From a bacterium BMS3Bbin05 (GTDB lineage: Bacteria > Nitrospirota > Thermodesulfovibrionia > Thermodesulfovibrionales > BMS3Bbin05): a stretch of 64,000 nt of DNA. Each line of letters starts with the position of its first letter. The first letter of the stretch is position 1. The DNA is taken from the NCBI GenBank assembly GCA_002897855.1, contig BDTO01000080.1, forward strand, positions 5,623 through 69,622, read 5' to 3'. The translations under genes and the position numbers were made by a program. The notes beneath the pieces are model-generated. The model was given only the letters and a program-made list of their open reading frames with translations. It did not search any database and was not told where the DNA came from. Below are positions 1-9,758 of the stretch, piece by piece.

Positions 1-474
1 TGAATTCATGATGGTCCAACGGCCTGAAGAGATACTTACCGATGTTTTCCGGGTCCTGGTGATCCGGCTGTCTGCGTCAACAGCTGATTTTTCAACATCA
101 AGTGCCATTTCAATGACTTTTTCCTCAGTAAGGGCATCAACGGCCGGATCGAATACGTCTACTTCATTCTGTGTATTATCTGCAGGGAATTCTGTATACT
201 TGTCTTCTTCCGGCCACCTTGAGGTTTCAACGGCCCTTTCAATACAGTTCATGAAGTCTTCAGGATCCGTTGAATATGAGAAGCCTTCCCTGCTGTCCCT
301 GATAACCCTTACCGAATATCCGGCATCAAAGGATTTTTCGAGGGATTCTGTCTCACCCTTTTTAACCTCGACAGTGAGATTATTTGACTTGATGATATAA
401 ATTTCCGCCTCGTCTGCACCCGACTTCAGGGCAGATGCCATGATCTTTTCTGCGAATTTATCGTCAATCTTCAT
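1..474 (-). CDS. PmbA/TldD-family metalloprotease, N-terminal part (3' end lies outside the window)
   Basis: Not in the ORF track because no stop falls in the window. My translation from the ATG at 474 reads MKIDDKFAEKIMASALKSGADEAEIYIIKSNNLTVEVKKGETESLEKSFDAGYSVRVIRDSREGFSYS.., the typical PmbA/TldD N-terminal pattern. It overlaps the queD stop by 11 nt. The listed + strand ORF 8..400 is its low-complexity antisense. Confidence 0.6.
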   Translation of the reverse strand, partial: MKIDDKFAEKIMASALKSGADEAEIYIIKSNNLTVEVKKGETESLEKSFDAGYSVRVIRDSREGFSYSTDPEDFMNCIERAVETSRWPEEDKYTEFPADNTQNEVDVFDPAVDALTEEKVIEMALDVEKSAVDADSRITRTRKTSVSISSGRWTIMNS

Positions 475-835
475 AATAAGTGGCGGAAGCAGTGCCGGAT
501 TCCCAGATGGTTACGGCAGATAGCTGTACATTTTCGCTTTCAATCTTTTTCTTCAGAGAATCATATATCCATTTGGCGATATTTTCCGACGAGGGATTTA
601 TTTCGGTAAACGGGAATATCTCGTTCAGAAACCCATGGTCCAATTGATTAACAACTTCTTCAGCATATGTCTTGATTTCATGAAAATCCATGGCTAAATC
701 GATTTCGTTAAGCTTTTCAGCCGTTACATATACCTGTACTTTCCAGTTGTGTCCGTGCAGGGCTTCACATTTGCCTTTGTATCCCCTCAACTGGTGGGCG
801 GACGAAAACCTTGTCTCAATCATAAGATCATACAT
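464..835 (-). CDS. queD: 6-carboxy-5,6,7,8-tetrahydropterin synthase (QueD)
   Basis: 123 aa. FSSAHQL..Y.GKCE.LHGHNW.V motif and size are typical of QueD/PTPS. Confidence 0.9.
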   Translation of the reverse strand: MYDLMIETRFSSAHQLRGYKGKCEALHGHNWKVQVYVTAEKLNEIDLAMDFHEIKTYAEEVVNQLDHGFLNEIFPFTEINPSSENIAKWIYDSLKKKIESENVQLSAVTIWESGTASATYYED

Positions 836-853
836 GTATTATTCTCCAGTGAT

Positions 854-1375
854 TCAGGTGCTTTTTTTAAAAACGGATATATAGGGAAGGTTCCTGAACA
901 TGTCATTGTAATCGAGCCCGTAGCCGACGACAAATTCGTTGGGAATTTCAAACCCCCTGTAATCTATGGGCACATCGACCATGCGGCGCTCCTTCTTGTC
1001 GAGAAAAGCACATATCATGATAGATTCCGGAGACCGGGTAAGAATGAGTTCCCTTATATGGTTAAGGGTAATGCCTGTATCTACTATATCCTCGACCAGA
1101 AGAACGTTTTTGCCGGAAATATCATCCCTGATGTCATAGTGGATTTTTACTTCTCCGCTTGTACCGGTCTTGACGTAACTTGAAGCAATGATGAAATCCA
1201 CCGTAAGTGGTACACGGATCTTTTTTACAAGATCGGAGAAAAACATGAAGGCGCCCTTAAGAATTCCCACAGCCAAAAGTTTTTTGCCTGAATAATCTTC
1301 GGTAATCATGTCTCCGAGTTCCCTGACCCTATGGCTTATCTGCTCTGCTGTAAGCAATGGTTTTCCGGTTACCAC
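854..1375 (-). CDS. hpt: hypoxanthine(-guanine) phosphoribosyltransferase
   Basis: 173 aa. PRPP-binding loop VLLVEDIVDTGITL and a C-terminal FVVGYGLDY motif. Confidence 0.9.
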   Translation of the reverse strand: MVTGKPLLTAEQISHRVRELGDMITEDYSGKKLLAVGILKGAFMFFSDLVKKIRVPLTVDFIIASSYVKTGTSGEVKIHYDIRDDISGKNVLLVEDIVDTGITLNHIRELILTRSPESIMICAFLDKKERRMVDVPIDYRGFEIPNEFVVGYGLDYNDMFRNLPYISVFKKST

Positions 1376-1394
1376 AGGTTTAAACCTCCTTCAT

Positions 1395-1519
1395 AAATGG
1401 ATAGTGAGCGTATTCCCCGTGGTCTTATCACGGGATCAAGTAAGCGAATATAATAAAGAAAACGAAACAATTTTCCCTGCATTAGATTCCCGGTGGCCTT
1501 GCCACAGGGAAGATCAATT
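1395..1519 (+). repeat. Dispersed repeat family 1, copy A (~125 bp, two conserved hairpins)
   Basis: aaatggatagYgagcgtatWccccgtgg..atcacggg...ttagattcccKgtgg.cttgccacagggaagatcaatt recurs at 49849..49963 (same orientation). Its 5' ~47 bp recurs inverted at 35571..35617. Confidence 0.85.
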
Positions 1520-1694
1520 TGGATTTTATATTAGCATAAAAGCGTGATGTTAAAATAGAAAATTATTTTGAAGACAGGCATTATTTTATTTATAAGGATA
1601 TGCGTTCAACCGGTTGTGAATTGATTTTTTTATAATGATTTATTATAGTTAATATTTAAACTTATAATTTCATGAGAGTGAGGTGTATAGTACT

Positions 1695-3617
1695 ATGACT
1701 GCAGAAAAGATGAGTTTCAAGACGGAGGTAAAGCAGCTGCTGGACCTTGTGGTGAATTCCCTCTATTCACACAAGGAGATATTCCTGAGAGAGCTGATAT
1801 CCAATGCATCTGATGCTATCGACAAGGCACGTTATGAGTCACTCACAAATAAAGATGTATTGGAGGGAGAAGGCGAGTGGAAGATCAGGATATTCGCAGA
1901 CAGGGATGCCGGAACCATTACTGTAAGTGATAACGGGATCGGAATGACCAGGGATGATATTATTGAGGCGTTGGGAACGATTGCCCATTCCGGCACCCAG
2001 GAATTCCTGAAGGCATTGCAGGGGAGGGATGTCAAGGACAACCCTGAGCTGATCGGTCAGTTCGGAGTCGGTTTCTATTCGTCTTTCATGGTGGCGGACA
2101 AGGTTACGGTCATATCGAGGAGGGCCGGGCAGAGCGCTGATAAAGGCGTCAAATGGGAATCCGGAGCAGACGGTTCTTTTACGGTAGAAAATTTCACCAA
2201 GGAAAAGAAAGGGACGGATGTTGTTGTCCACCTCAGAGAAGATGAAAAAAAGTACCTCGATGAATGGGAAATTCGGAATGTAGTAAGAAAATACTCGGAC
2301 TATATTGAACATCCGATAGTGATGGATGTTGTCCGTGAGAAGGAAAGCGAGATCAAGAAGGGGGAGAAATATAAGACGACTGAAGAAGAGCAGCTGAATT
2401 CAGGTAAGGCAATCTGGCTTCGGGACAGGTCCGTGGTGAGCAGAGAAGAGTATAATGAATTTTATAAGCATATATCCCACGATATTTCCGATCCTTTAGA
2501 GGTTATCCACTACAGGGCGGAGGGGACTTCAGAATTCCTCGCCCTTCTGTATATTCCGTCTCATGCGCCCTTTGATATCTTTTACAAAGAATACCGGATA
2601 GGTCCTACACTCTATGTAAAGAGAGTCCAGATTATGGATCACTGCGAAGAACTGATTCCCTTATACCTGAGATTTGTGAAGGGCGTGGTTGACTCATCGG
2701 ATCTCCCTCTGAATGTTTCCAGGGAAACACTCCAGGCCAACAGGCAGGTCGAAGTCATCAGGAACAGTTTAACCAAAAAGGTTCTTGATACGCTTGGAGA
2801 GATGAAAAAGAACGAATATGAAAAGTATACCGGTTTCTATAAAGAATTCGGCACGGTATTGAAGGAGGGTATTCATTATGATTTCAAAAGAAAAGAAACA
2901 ATTGCCGACCTGTTGATTCTTGAGTCGACAAATAAAGAGGCCGGTACTTATACCACGTTGCAGGAATATGTGGACAACATGAAGGAGGGGCAGAATGACA
3001 TCTATTATATTACAGGTACATCAAGGGATGAGGTAGCAGGTTCACCATATATTGAGGCTTTTAAAGAGAAGGATTATGAAGTTCTCATAATGCTGGACGA
3101 GATAGATGATATTATTATGGGAAGCCTCGGCGAATACAGGGGAAAAAAGATCAAATCCGTTACCAAGGGTGATATTGAGCTGGATAAAGAGAAACAGGCC
3201 GGCAGGGAAGAGGCGCAAAAGAAATACAGAGGGCTTATTGAACTGATTAAAGTCAAGTTGAAGGATGATTTAAAGGATGTACGTCTGTCCGGGAGGCTGA
3301 GGGACTCCGCCTGTTGCCTTGTCAGCGATGAGGGGACGATGGATCCGCAGATGGAAAAGGTGCTGAAGGCGATGGGGCAGGACGTACCTGTGACTAAAAG
3401 AATTCTCGAAATAAATCCTGAACATCCTCTTTTCGAAACAATGAATGCTTTGTTTGAAAAAGACAGGGGGAATCCTCTTCTTGATGAATATGCGAGTCTC
3501 CTATATGGGCAGGCCCTTGTCCTTGAGGGCTCAAAACCGAAAGACCCGGCTGCATTTGCAAGGTCGGTTGCAGACTTGATGACGGATAAGGCCGAACATC
3601 AAATCGGCTCAAAATAA
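1695..3617 (+). CDS. htpG: molecular chaperone HtpG (Hsp90)
   Basis: FKTEVKQLLDLVVNSLYSHKEIFLRELISNASDAIDK and GQFGVGFYS motifs. The track starts at GTG 1683; the ATG at 1695 follows a GAGTGAGGTG SD-like run and is preferred. Confidence 0.95.
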   Translation: MTAEKMSFKTEVKQLLDLVVNSLYSHKEIFLRELISNASDAIDKARYESLTNKDVLEGEGEWKIRIFADRDAGTITVSDNGIGMTRDDIIEALGTIAHSGTQEFLKALQGRDVKDNPELIGQFGVGFYSSFMVADKVTVISRRAGQSADKGVKWESGADGSFTVENFTKEKKGTDVVVHLREDEKKYLDEWEIRNVVRKYSDYIEHPIVMDVVREKESEIKKGEKYKTTEEEQLNSGKAIWLRDRSVVSREEYNEFYKHISHDISDPLEVIHYRAEGTSEFLALLYIPSHAPFDIFYKEYRIGPTLYVKRVQIMDHCEELIPLYLRFVKGVVDSSDLPLNVSRETLQANRQVEVIRNSLTKKVLDTLGEMKKNEYEKYTGFYKEFGTVLKEGIHYDFKRKETIADLLILESTNKEAGTYTTLQEYVDNMKEGQNDIYYITGTSRDEVAGSPYIEAFKEKDYEVLIMLDEIDDIIMGSLGEYRGKKIKSVTKGDIELDKEKQAGREEAQKKYRGLIELIKVKLKDDLKDVRLSGRLRDSACCLVSDEGTMDPQMEKVLKAMGQDVPVTKRILEINPEHPLFETMNALFEKDRGNPLLDEYASLLYGQALVLEGSKPKDPAAFARSVADLMTDKAEHQIGSK

Positions 3618-3655
3618 TGTGGTGTGATAGATGGTTTACACCATAAAAATCCGTT

Positions 3656-4909
3656 TTATACTGTCCGGCTTCTTTTCTTTAACCTCTTGATCCGTTCAAT
3701 AACCGGCGGGTGTGAATAGTGGAAAGCTGCATAGAATGGGTGGGGGTGGAGATTTGAGAGGTTGTCTCTGGAGAGTTTTACCAGAGACGAAATCATTGGG
3801 CCGCCATCGCCGATAAGGCTGCAGGAAAAGTCGTCTGCTTCTCTCTCATGTCTTCTCGATAAATAATTGAAGAGTGGAGAAAGCGGGAAAGAGGCGATGG
3901 ACCCCAGGAAACCAAGGACAATCAGCTTTGCAAACAATGTGCTTTCTTTAATCCTGAAGAGTTCGGCCAGGAAATTACCCCTGAGCAGGTGAAAAGCGAT
4001 ATAAAAGACGATAAATGCTATTATTTCGGTAGCTATTATGGATTTAAGGATGTGCCTCTTCTTCCAGTGCCCTGCCTCATGCGCAAGTACGGACAATATT
4101 TCCGCATGGTCAAGCATTTTAAGCAGGGTGTCGAAGAGTACGATCCTTTTTGTCCTGCCGATACCTGAAAAATAGGCATTGGTGTGTTTTGTCCTTTTTG
4201 AAGCGTCCATCCTGAATACCCTGCTCACCTTTATCCCGGCCCTGGACATGAGATTTATTATCCCTCCAACCAGTTCCTCGTCATCAACCGGCTTAAATTT
4301 ATTAAAGAGTGGCTCTATCACATAAGGCGAGAGGTACATAATGAACATACTGAATGAGAAAAAGAAACACCAGACCCAGAACCACCATAAATCAGGGCTC
4401 TTTTTAATAATCAACAGGCCGCACGCTATCAACAGAGAGAGGATGATTGTTGATATGACCAGCGATTTGATCGTATCCGTTATCCAGAGCTTTATTGTCA
4501 TTGTATTAAACCCGTACTTTTTCTCTATCCTGAAAGTTCGATATAATCCGAAAGGCATTTCCAGAAATGTCTGGATATATGTGAGCAGGAGAAAGAAGAT
4601 CAGGCCTGATACGATAAACGGGAGGTGCAGCGATGATACCCACGAGTTGTAAATGTCCAGTATTCCGCCGAAGATGAACAGGAGCAGAATCAGGTCACTG
4701 AACACAGAAGATATAATACCGAATCGCGAATTTTCAACAGTGTAGTCCCTGGTTCTGGAAAGAAGCGGCTGGTCAATATGGCCCTCGAATTCGGCGGGTA
4801 TGATATCACCATTTTTTTTAAGATATTTGATGTTCAGATATTCAAGCCAATAGCCGAACCCCGTGATAAGGATGTATATGATGAAAATAGCGATAAGATA
4901 GTTGTTCAT
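3656..4909 (-). CDS. M48-family (Ste24/HtpX-like) integral-membrane zinc metalloprotease
   Basis: 417 aa with multiple TM helices, an HEAGHWKKRH (HExxH) motif, and a C-terminal FHYSHPP motif typical of Ste24-type CAAX proteases. Confidence 0.8.
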   Translation of the reverse strand: MNNYLIAIFIIYILITGFGYWLEYLNIKYLKKNGDIIPAEFEGHIDQPLLSRTRDYTVENSRFGIISSVFSDLILLLFIFGGILDIYNSWVSSLHLPFIVSGLIFFLLLTYIQTFLEMPFGLYRTFRIEKKYGFNTMTIKLWITDTIKSLVISTIILSLLIACGLLIIKKSPDLWWFWVWCFFFSFSMFIMYLSPYVIEPLFNKFKPVDDEELVGGIINLMSRAGIKVSRVFRMDASKRTKHTNAYFSGIGRTKRIVLFDTLLKMLDHAEILSVLAHEAGHWKKRHILKSIIATEIIAFIVFYIAFHLLRGNFLAELFRIKESTLFAKLIVLGFLGSIASFPLSPLFNYLSRRHEREADDFSCSLIGDGGPMISSLVKLSRDNLSNLHPHPFYAAFHYSHPPVIERIKRLKKRSRTV

Positions 4910-5034
4910 TCTCTGATAAAGTGCCGTTACAGTGAGAATCCGGAAAACAGAATTCAGAAGTCCATAGTCTTCTTATCGCCGGATTCGGGTTATGTATTTC
5001 TCCGGCTCCCGGATTCTATATATGCGTGTTTTAT

Positions 5035-6603
5035 TTACCCTTTTTCTTTAAGAAGTTTGTACTCGATACTGTCCACCAGTGCCTGCCAGGAGGCCTCGAT
5101 AATATTTTCAGATACTCCGACCGTACCCCACCTGAAATCTTTGTCGCCGGATTCCACAAGTACCCGTACCCTGGCCTGTGTGCCTTTGCCGGCCGTAAGT
5201 ACCCTGACTTTATAATCAAGCAGTTTCACATCCCGGAGTTCAGGATAAAATTTTTCAAGGGCCTTTCTCAGCGCATTGTCAAGTGCATTAACCGGGCCGT
5301 TTCCCGTCGCTGCCGTATGCTCGACATGGCCTTTTACTTTAACCATTATGGTGGCTTCGCTTATTGGATCCTCTCTTTCCTTTCTCTTCTCCACGATGAC
5401 CCTGAACCCCGCAAGATCAAAGAACCGCCTGTGAAGACCAAGTGCCTTTTTCATGAGAAGTTCGAATGATGCTTCGGCGCCCTCAAACTGGAAACCCAGA
5501 TTTTCAAGCTCTTTCAGGGTATCGATAATGTCTTTCAGTTTCGGCGAATTTTTCTCGATTTTTATGCCGAACTCATCGGCCTTTCTCAGGACATTACTTC
5601 GGCCGGCAAGGTCCGATATCAGAACGCGCTGTGAATTGCCGACAAGTTCCGGCCTGATATGTTCATATGTCTCCGGTCTCTTTCTAACCGCTGAAACATG
5701 AATGCCGGCCTTGTGTGCAAAAGCGCTGTCTCCCACAAAGGGTTGCCTCTTGAAATGCCTTATGTTTGACATTTCATTGACAAAGCGTGATACTTCGCGG
5801 AGCTTTACCATTTCTTCGTCGGATATGCATCTGTATCCAAGCTTGAGCTGAAGGTTCGGTATTACCGAGCAGATATTTGCATTTCCGCATCTTTCACCAA
5901 GTCCATTGATGGTGCCCTGAAAATGAACTGCACCCGCCCCGATAGCAATAATGGTATTCGCTACCCCGCATCCGGAATCATTATGCGCATGGATGCCCAG
6001 TGGTGTGTTGACGGATTTTTTAATCTTCCTGATTGCATTGTGAATATCCAGCGGCAACGTGCCGCCGTTGGTATCGCAGAGGACGATGATATCGGCCCCC
6101 GCATCCTGAGCCGTCCTGAGGCACTTAACGGCATATACGGGATTGTTCCTGTAGCCGTCGAAAAAGTGTTCTGCATCGAAGAATACCTTGTCGACATTTT
6201 TTTTCAGGTACCTTACAGAATCAAAGATCATTTCGAGGTTTTCTTCAAGCGACGTCTTTAGTGCCTCGGCAACATGGAAGTCCCATGTCTTGCCGAATAT
6301 CGTGACGGCTTCCGTACCTGCATTCAGGAGTGTTTTGATATTGGTATCTTTTTCGACTCTCTGGCCCTTTCTCCTGGTGCTTCCGAAGGCGACTACTTTC
6401 GACCCGTGCAAACCGAGGTTCTTTACTTTTTTAAAATATGCGACATCTTTCGGATTGGAACCCGGCCAGCCTCCTTCGATGTAGTGGATACCGAATTCAT
6501 CGAGTTTTTCCGTGATCTTCAGTTTATCCTCGAGTGAGAAAGATATGTCCTCGGACTGCGCCCCATCCCTTAAAGTTGTGTCGTAAATTTCAAGCTTTTT
6601 CAC
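5035..6603 (-). CDS. cimA: (R)-citramalate synthase (LeuA-related, CimA type)
   Basis: 522 aa. [44 protein letters not shown]-terminus plus a LeuA_dimer-like C-terminus, as in the Geobacter-type citramalate synthase branch. Confidence 0.85.
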   Translation of the reverse strand: MKKLEIYDTTLRDGAQSEDISFSLEDKLKITEKLDEFGIHYIEGGWPGSNPKDVAYFKKVKNLGLHGSKVVAFGSTRRKGQRVEKDTNIKTLLNAGTEAVTIFGKTWDFHVAEALKTSLEENLEMIFDSVRYLKKNVDKVFFDAEHFFDGYRNNPVYAVKCLRTAQDAGADIIVLCDTNGGTLPLDIHNAIRKIKKSVNTPLGIHAHNDSGCGVANTIIAIGAGAVHFQGTINGLGERCGNANICSVIPNLQLKLGYRCISDEEMVKLREVSRFVNEMSNIRHFKRQPFVGDSAFAHKAGIHVSAVRKRPETYEHIRPELVGNSQRVLISDLAGRSNVLRKADEFGIKIEKNSPKLKDIIDTLKELENLGFQFEGAEASFELLMKKALGLHRRFFDLAGFRVIVEKRKEREDPISEATIMVKVKGHVEHTAATGNGPVNALDNALRKALEKFYPELRDVKLLDYKVRVLTAGKGTQARVRVLVESGDKDFRWGTVGVSENIIEASWQALVDSIEYKLLKEKG

Positions 6604-6687
6604 GGAAACTCCTTTTTAAATAACCGGGCCGCGGATTGACACGGATATTCACAGGTTTATTTAATTCCCTTATCATCTGTGACCTTA

Positions 6688-7908
6688 TTACTCCTTTTCC
6701 AGTTCAAAGGCATTATGCAGAACCCTGACAGCCAGTTCAGTATACTTCGAGTCTATAACACATGATATCTTTATCTCGGACGTGGATATCATCATTATAT
6801 TGATACCGCTGTCCGAGAGTGTCTGGAAAGTCTTTGCGGCAACGCCCGAGTGGGTCCTCATACCGACGCCCACAATGGATATCTTTGCAATGTTTTTATC
6901 CGTTGAAATGCCGGCCGCATTCAGTTCCCTTGCGACTTTTTCCACAATATCCCTTGTTTTTGCCGTATCTGTTTCGGGCACTGTAAATGATATATCCGCC
7001 AGCTTTTCGTCACTGCTTATGTTCTGAACAATCATGTCCACAACAATACCGGCTTCAGCAATGTTCCTGAACAGGGCTGCTGCTATTCCGGGCCTGTCCG
7101 GGACCCCCATGATAGTGAACTTTGTCTGGTTCTTATCATATGCAATTCCAGAAACTGCTACTTTTTCCATCTCTTTATCCTCCCTGGTAACAACCGTTCC
7201 CGGGTTACTGGAAAAGCTTGATTTCACAACCACCCGGACATCGTATTTTTTTGCGAATTCGACCGACCTCGCCTGTAATACCTTTGCCCCAAGACTGGCA
7301 AGTTCAAGCATTTCTTCATAAGATATCATATCAAGTTTCCGTGCTTCCGAAACAATATCCGGGTCTGTAGTAAAAACACCTTCCACATCAGTATATATCT
7401 CGCAGAGATCGGCATGTAAAGCAGCGGCGACCGCTACGGCTGTCAGGTCGGAACCGCCCCGTCCAAGTGTCGTTACATCCGAATTTTCCGTTATGCCCTG
7501 GAACCCGCAGATTACCGGCACAATACCATTGTCTATGGCCTGTTTTACCCTGTCTGCGGTTACCTTTTCTATCTTTGCCTCTGTATGTGAAGTGTCGGTA
7601 ATGATCCCGACCTGCCTGCCGGTAAAAGACATGGCCTTAATTCCCTGTTCATTCAGAGCCATGGCGGTCAGCGCTGCGCTGATCCTTTCACCGGACGACA
7701 GAAGCATATCCATTTCCCTCTCATGAGGATTTGATGACAGTTCATGGGCGAGTGATATCAGTCTGTCGGTCTCACCGCCCATTGCCGAAACCACGAGAAC
7801 GACCATATTCCCCTTTCTAAAGGTTTCGGCTGTATGTTCGGCAACTGCCCTGATCCTTTCAGCGCTTCCTACGGAAGTTCCGCCATATTTCTGAACGATT
7901 AAAACCAC
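6688..7908 (-). CDS. lysC: aspartate kinase with C-terminal ACT domains
   Basis: 406 aa. [10 protein letters not shown].. N-terminus, the [13 protein letters not shown] motif, and two ACT-like repeats. Confidence 0.92.
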   Translation of the reverse strand: MVLIVQKYGGTSVGSAERIRAVAEHTAETFRKGNMVVLVVSAMGGETDRLISLAHELSSNPHEREMDMLLSSGERISAALTAMALNEQGIKAMSFTGRQVGIITDTSHTEAKIEKVTADRVKQAIDNGIVPVICGFQGITENSDVTTLGRGGSDLTAVAVAAALHADLCEIYTDVEGVFTTDPDIVSEARKLDMISYEEMLELASLGAKVLQARSVEFAKKYDVRVVVKSSFSSNPGTVVTREDKEMEKVAVSGIAYDKNQTKFTIMGVPDRPGIAAALFRNIAEAGIVVDMIVQNISSDEKLADISFTVPETDTAKTRDIVEKVARELNAAGISTDKNIAKISIVGVGMRTHSGVAAKTFQTLSDSGINIMMISTSEIKISCVIDSKYTELAVRVLHNAFELEKE

Positions 7909-8045
7909 TGAAAAATCTCCTTCTGTTATGTTGAAATTATAATGAATTCCGGATCTGCATTAACAAGGATTAATAAAAATAAAGTTCTTCCGGTATTTCT
8001 ATAAAGTAATCAAACCATAACCACAGAAAAAAGAAAATTATTCTA

Positions 8046-8396
8046 CCATAGACTCTCACAGACTAAAAACTTCAATTAGCCGCAGATATTCGCAGATCGG
8101 CACGGATTTTAATGACTTTTAAATTTTCTATCTGCGTTTTTCCGCGTAAATCCGCGGCTGAAAGAGTCTTTTCTTTTTCTGCCACAGACTTCCACAGACT
8201 AAAAACTTCAATTAGCCGCAGATCGGCACGGATTTTATATGACTTTTAATCTATCCGTGTTTCTCCGTGTAAATCAGCGGCTGAAAAATCCTTTTTTCTG
8301 CCACAGACTTTTTTAAAAGAACCTTTCTTTTTAATTTAAAACCATATATAGCCCTTTATTCCTTTCTTTATGTCTGTGTCCGTCCGTGGCTGATAG
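8046..8396. repeat. Tandem/nested repeat block of dispersed repeat family 2 ('ccacagac / attagccgcagat / cacggat' motifs)
   Basis: Two consecutive ~120-135 bp units start at about 8046 and 8182: ccaYagact..cacagactaaaaacttcaattagccgcagat..cggcacggatttta.atgacttttaa... A third module (8299..8392) recurs inverted at 62396..62500. Confidence 0.85.
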
Positions 8397-8422
8397 TCGG
8401 GGCCGGGCTCCATCATCGATCC

Positions 8423-9640
8423 TTATTGTTGTCCGTATATAAAGAAATCCATCAGCTTATGAGCTTTTTCAAAGGTAATTACATTTTCGGCCCCGCATAT
8501 GATTTCATTGTATCCGTCGAACCCGGATTGACCGGATTTCCCGCTGTCATAGATAATGAACGGGACAAAGTCATCCGTATGAGTTCTCAGGGATATCGGC
8601 GTTGCATGGTCCGGCATAATGAGGACCCTGAATCTGCCGAATCTTTCCTCTACTTTTCTTAAAAGAGGTCCTATTACCCGGGAATCGATATCCTCAATGG
8701 CCCTGATCTTATCTTCTACGTTGCCGTTATGCCCCGCTTCGTCGGGCGCCTCGATATGAAGATAGACAAAATCACCGTCTCCGAGGGATTCGAGGGCGGC
8801 ATCGGACTTCCCGCTGTAATTGGTATCAATATAGCCCGTCGCTCCGGGTACATTTATGATTTTAAATCCGGCATAAACGCCGAGCCCTTTGGTCAGGTCT
8901 ACAGCACTTATCAGCGCTCCGGAGAGTCCGTACCTGTCCCTGAATGGGGGCATCGAGGGTTTTTTCCCCTGCCCCCATAGCCATATGCAATTTCCGGGAT
9001 TCCTGCCGGATTTAATGCGCCTTTTATTAATATCATGTCCCCTCAGGACCTCCAGTGATTCCTTCATGAGCCTGAGCAGCACCTCTTTCCCGTTTCCATT
9101 CGGGAGGTATTTACCTATTTCCTTACCAGTGATATCATGGGGAGGGGTACAATCAACATTCTCGATGCCATCCTGCCAGACCATCAGATGACGGTAACCT
9201 GTCCCAGAGTAAAAACTGATATTTTCATTTCCAAGTTCTTCATCGACTGTCCTTATGAGTTCGCCCGCTTCTTTACTTGTAATGTGGCCTGCGCTGTAAT
9301 CCGCCATGATGAATCTGTCCCAGTCGCCGTCTTCTTTAATGGTTACGATATTGCATCTGTATGCCACATCATTGTCAAGCAGTTCAACACCCATGCTTGC
9401 CGCTTCGAGCGGCGCCCGCCCTGAATAATATTGAGCAGGGTCATACCCCAGGATACAGAGATTGGCAACATCCGAGCCGGGCTGAAACCCGTCGGGAATG
9501 GTCTTCACTTTTCCGGCAAGGCCGTTTTTTGCAAGGGCATCCATGTTAGGTGTATAAGCCTTCTGCAAAGGCGTAAGACCGCCCAACTCCTCCAATGGCC
9601 TGTCGGCCATACCGTCGCCTATGATAACAATATATTTCAT
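8423..9640 (-). CDS. cofactor-independent phosphoglycerate mutase family protein (ApgM-like; the subfamily proposed to be a non-orthologous homoserine kinase)
   Basis: 405 aa. IIGDGMADRP..LGG.TPLQ.A.TPNMD and GSDVANL.ILGYDP motifs, plus HIEAPDEAGH and PDHATP metal-site motifs of the alkaline-phosphatase superfamily. Confidence 0.85.
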   Translation of the reverse strand: MKYIVIIGDGMADRPLEELGGLTPLQKAYTPNMDALAKNGLAGKVKTIPDGFQPGSDVANLCILGYDPAQYYSGRAPLEAASMGVELLDNDVAYRCNIVTIKEDGDWDRFIMADYSAGHITSKEAGELIRTVDEELGNENISFYSGTGYRHLMVWQDGIENVDCTPPHDITGKEIGKYLPNGNGKEVLLRLMKESLEVLRGHDINKRRIKSGRNPGNCIWLWGQGKKPSMPPFRDRYGLSGALISAVDLTKGLGVYAGFKIINVPGATGYIDTNYSGKSDAALESLGDGDFVYLHIEAPDEAGHNGNVEDKIRAIEDIDSRVIGPLLRKVEERFGRFRVLIMPDHATPISLRTHTDDFVPFIIYDSGKSGQSGFDGYNEIICGAENVITFEKAHKLMDFFIYGQQ

Positions 9641-9758
9641 TCCGGTATACGAATAGTGTTATTTTAACTGTATAACCTGTGTTAAATAAACCCCGTCGGC
9701 AGGATCGAAACTCCTTATATGGAGGAAATTTCTGCAGTTCTAATGTGTGAATAACCGA

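Noticed and set aside
8-400. 130-aa + strand ORF at the window start
   Set aside because: The translation is low-complexity and Ser/Thr-rich, and the ORF lies antisense to a well-formed PmbA/TldD N-terminus that I could translate on the minus strand.
1308-1547. 79-aa ORF, and its look-alike at 49774..49971
   Set aside because: Both simply span copies of dispersed repeat family 1. The conservation is at the DNA/hairpin level, not in the reading frame.
3618-3655. Bidirectional terminator between htpG and the M48 protease gene
   Set aside because: There is only a 6-7-bp stem (tggtgt/acacca) and no convincing U-run on either strand.
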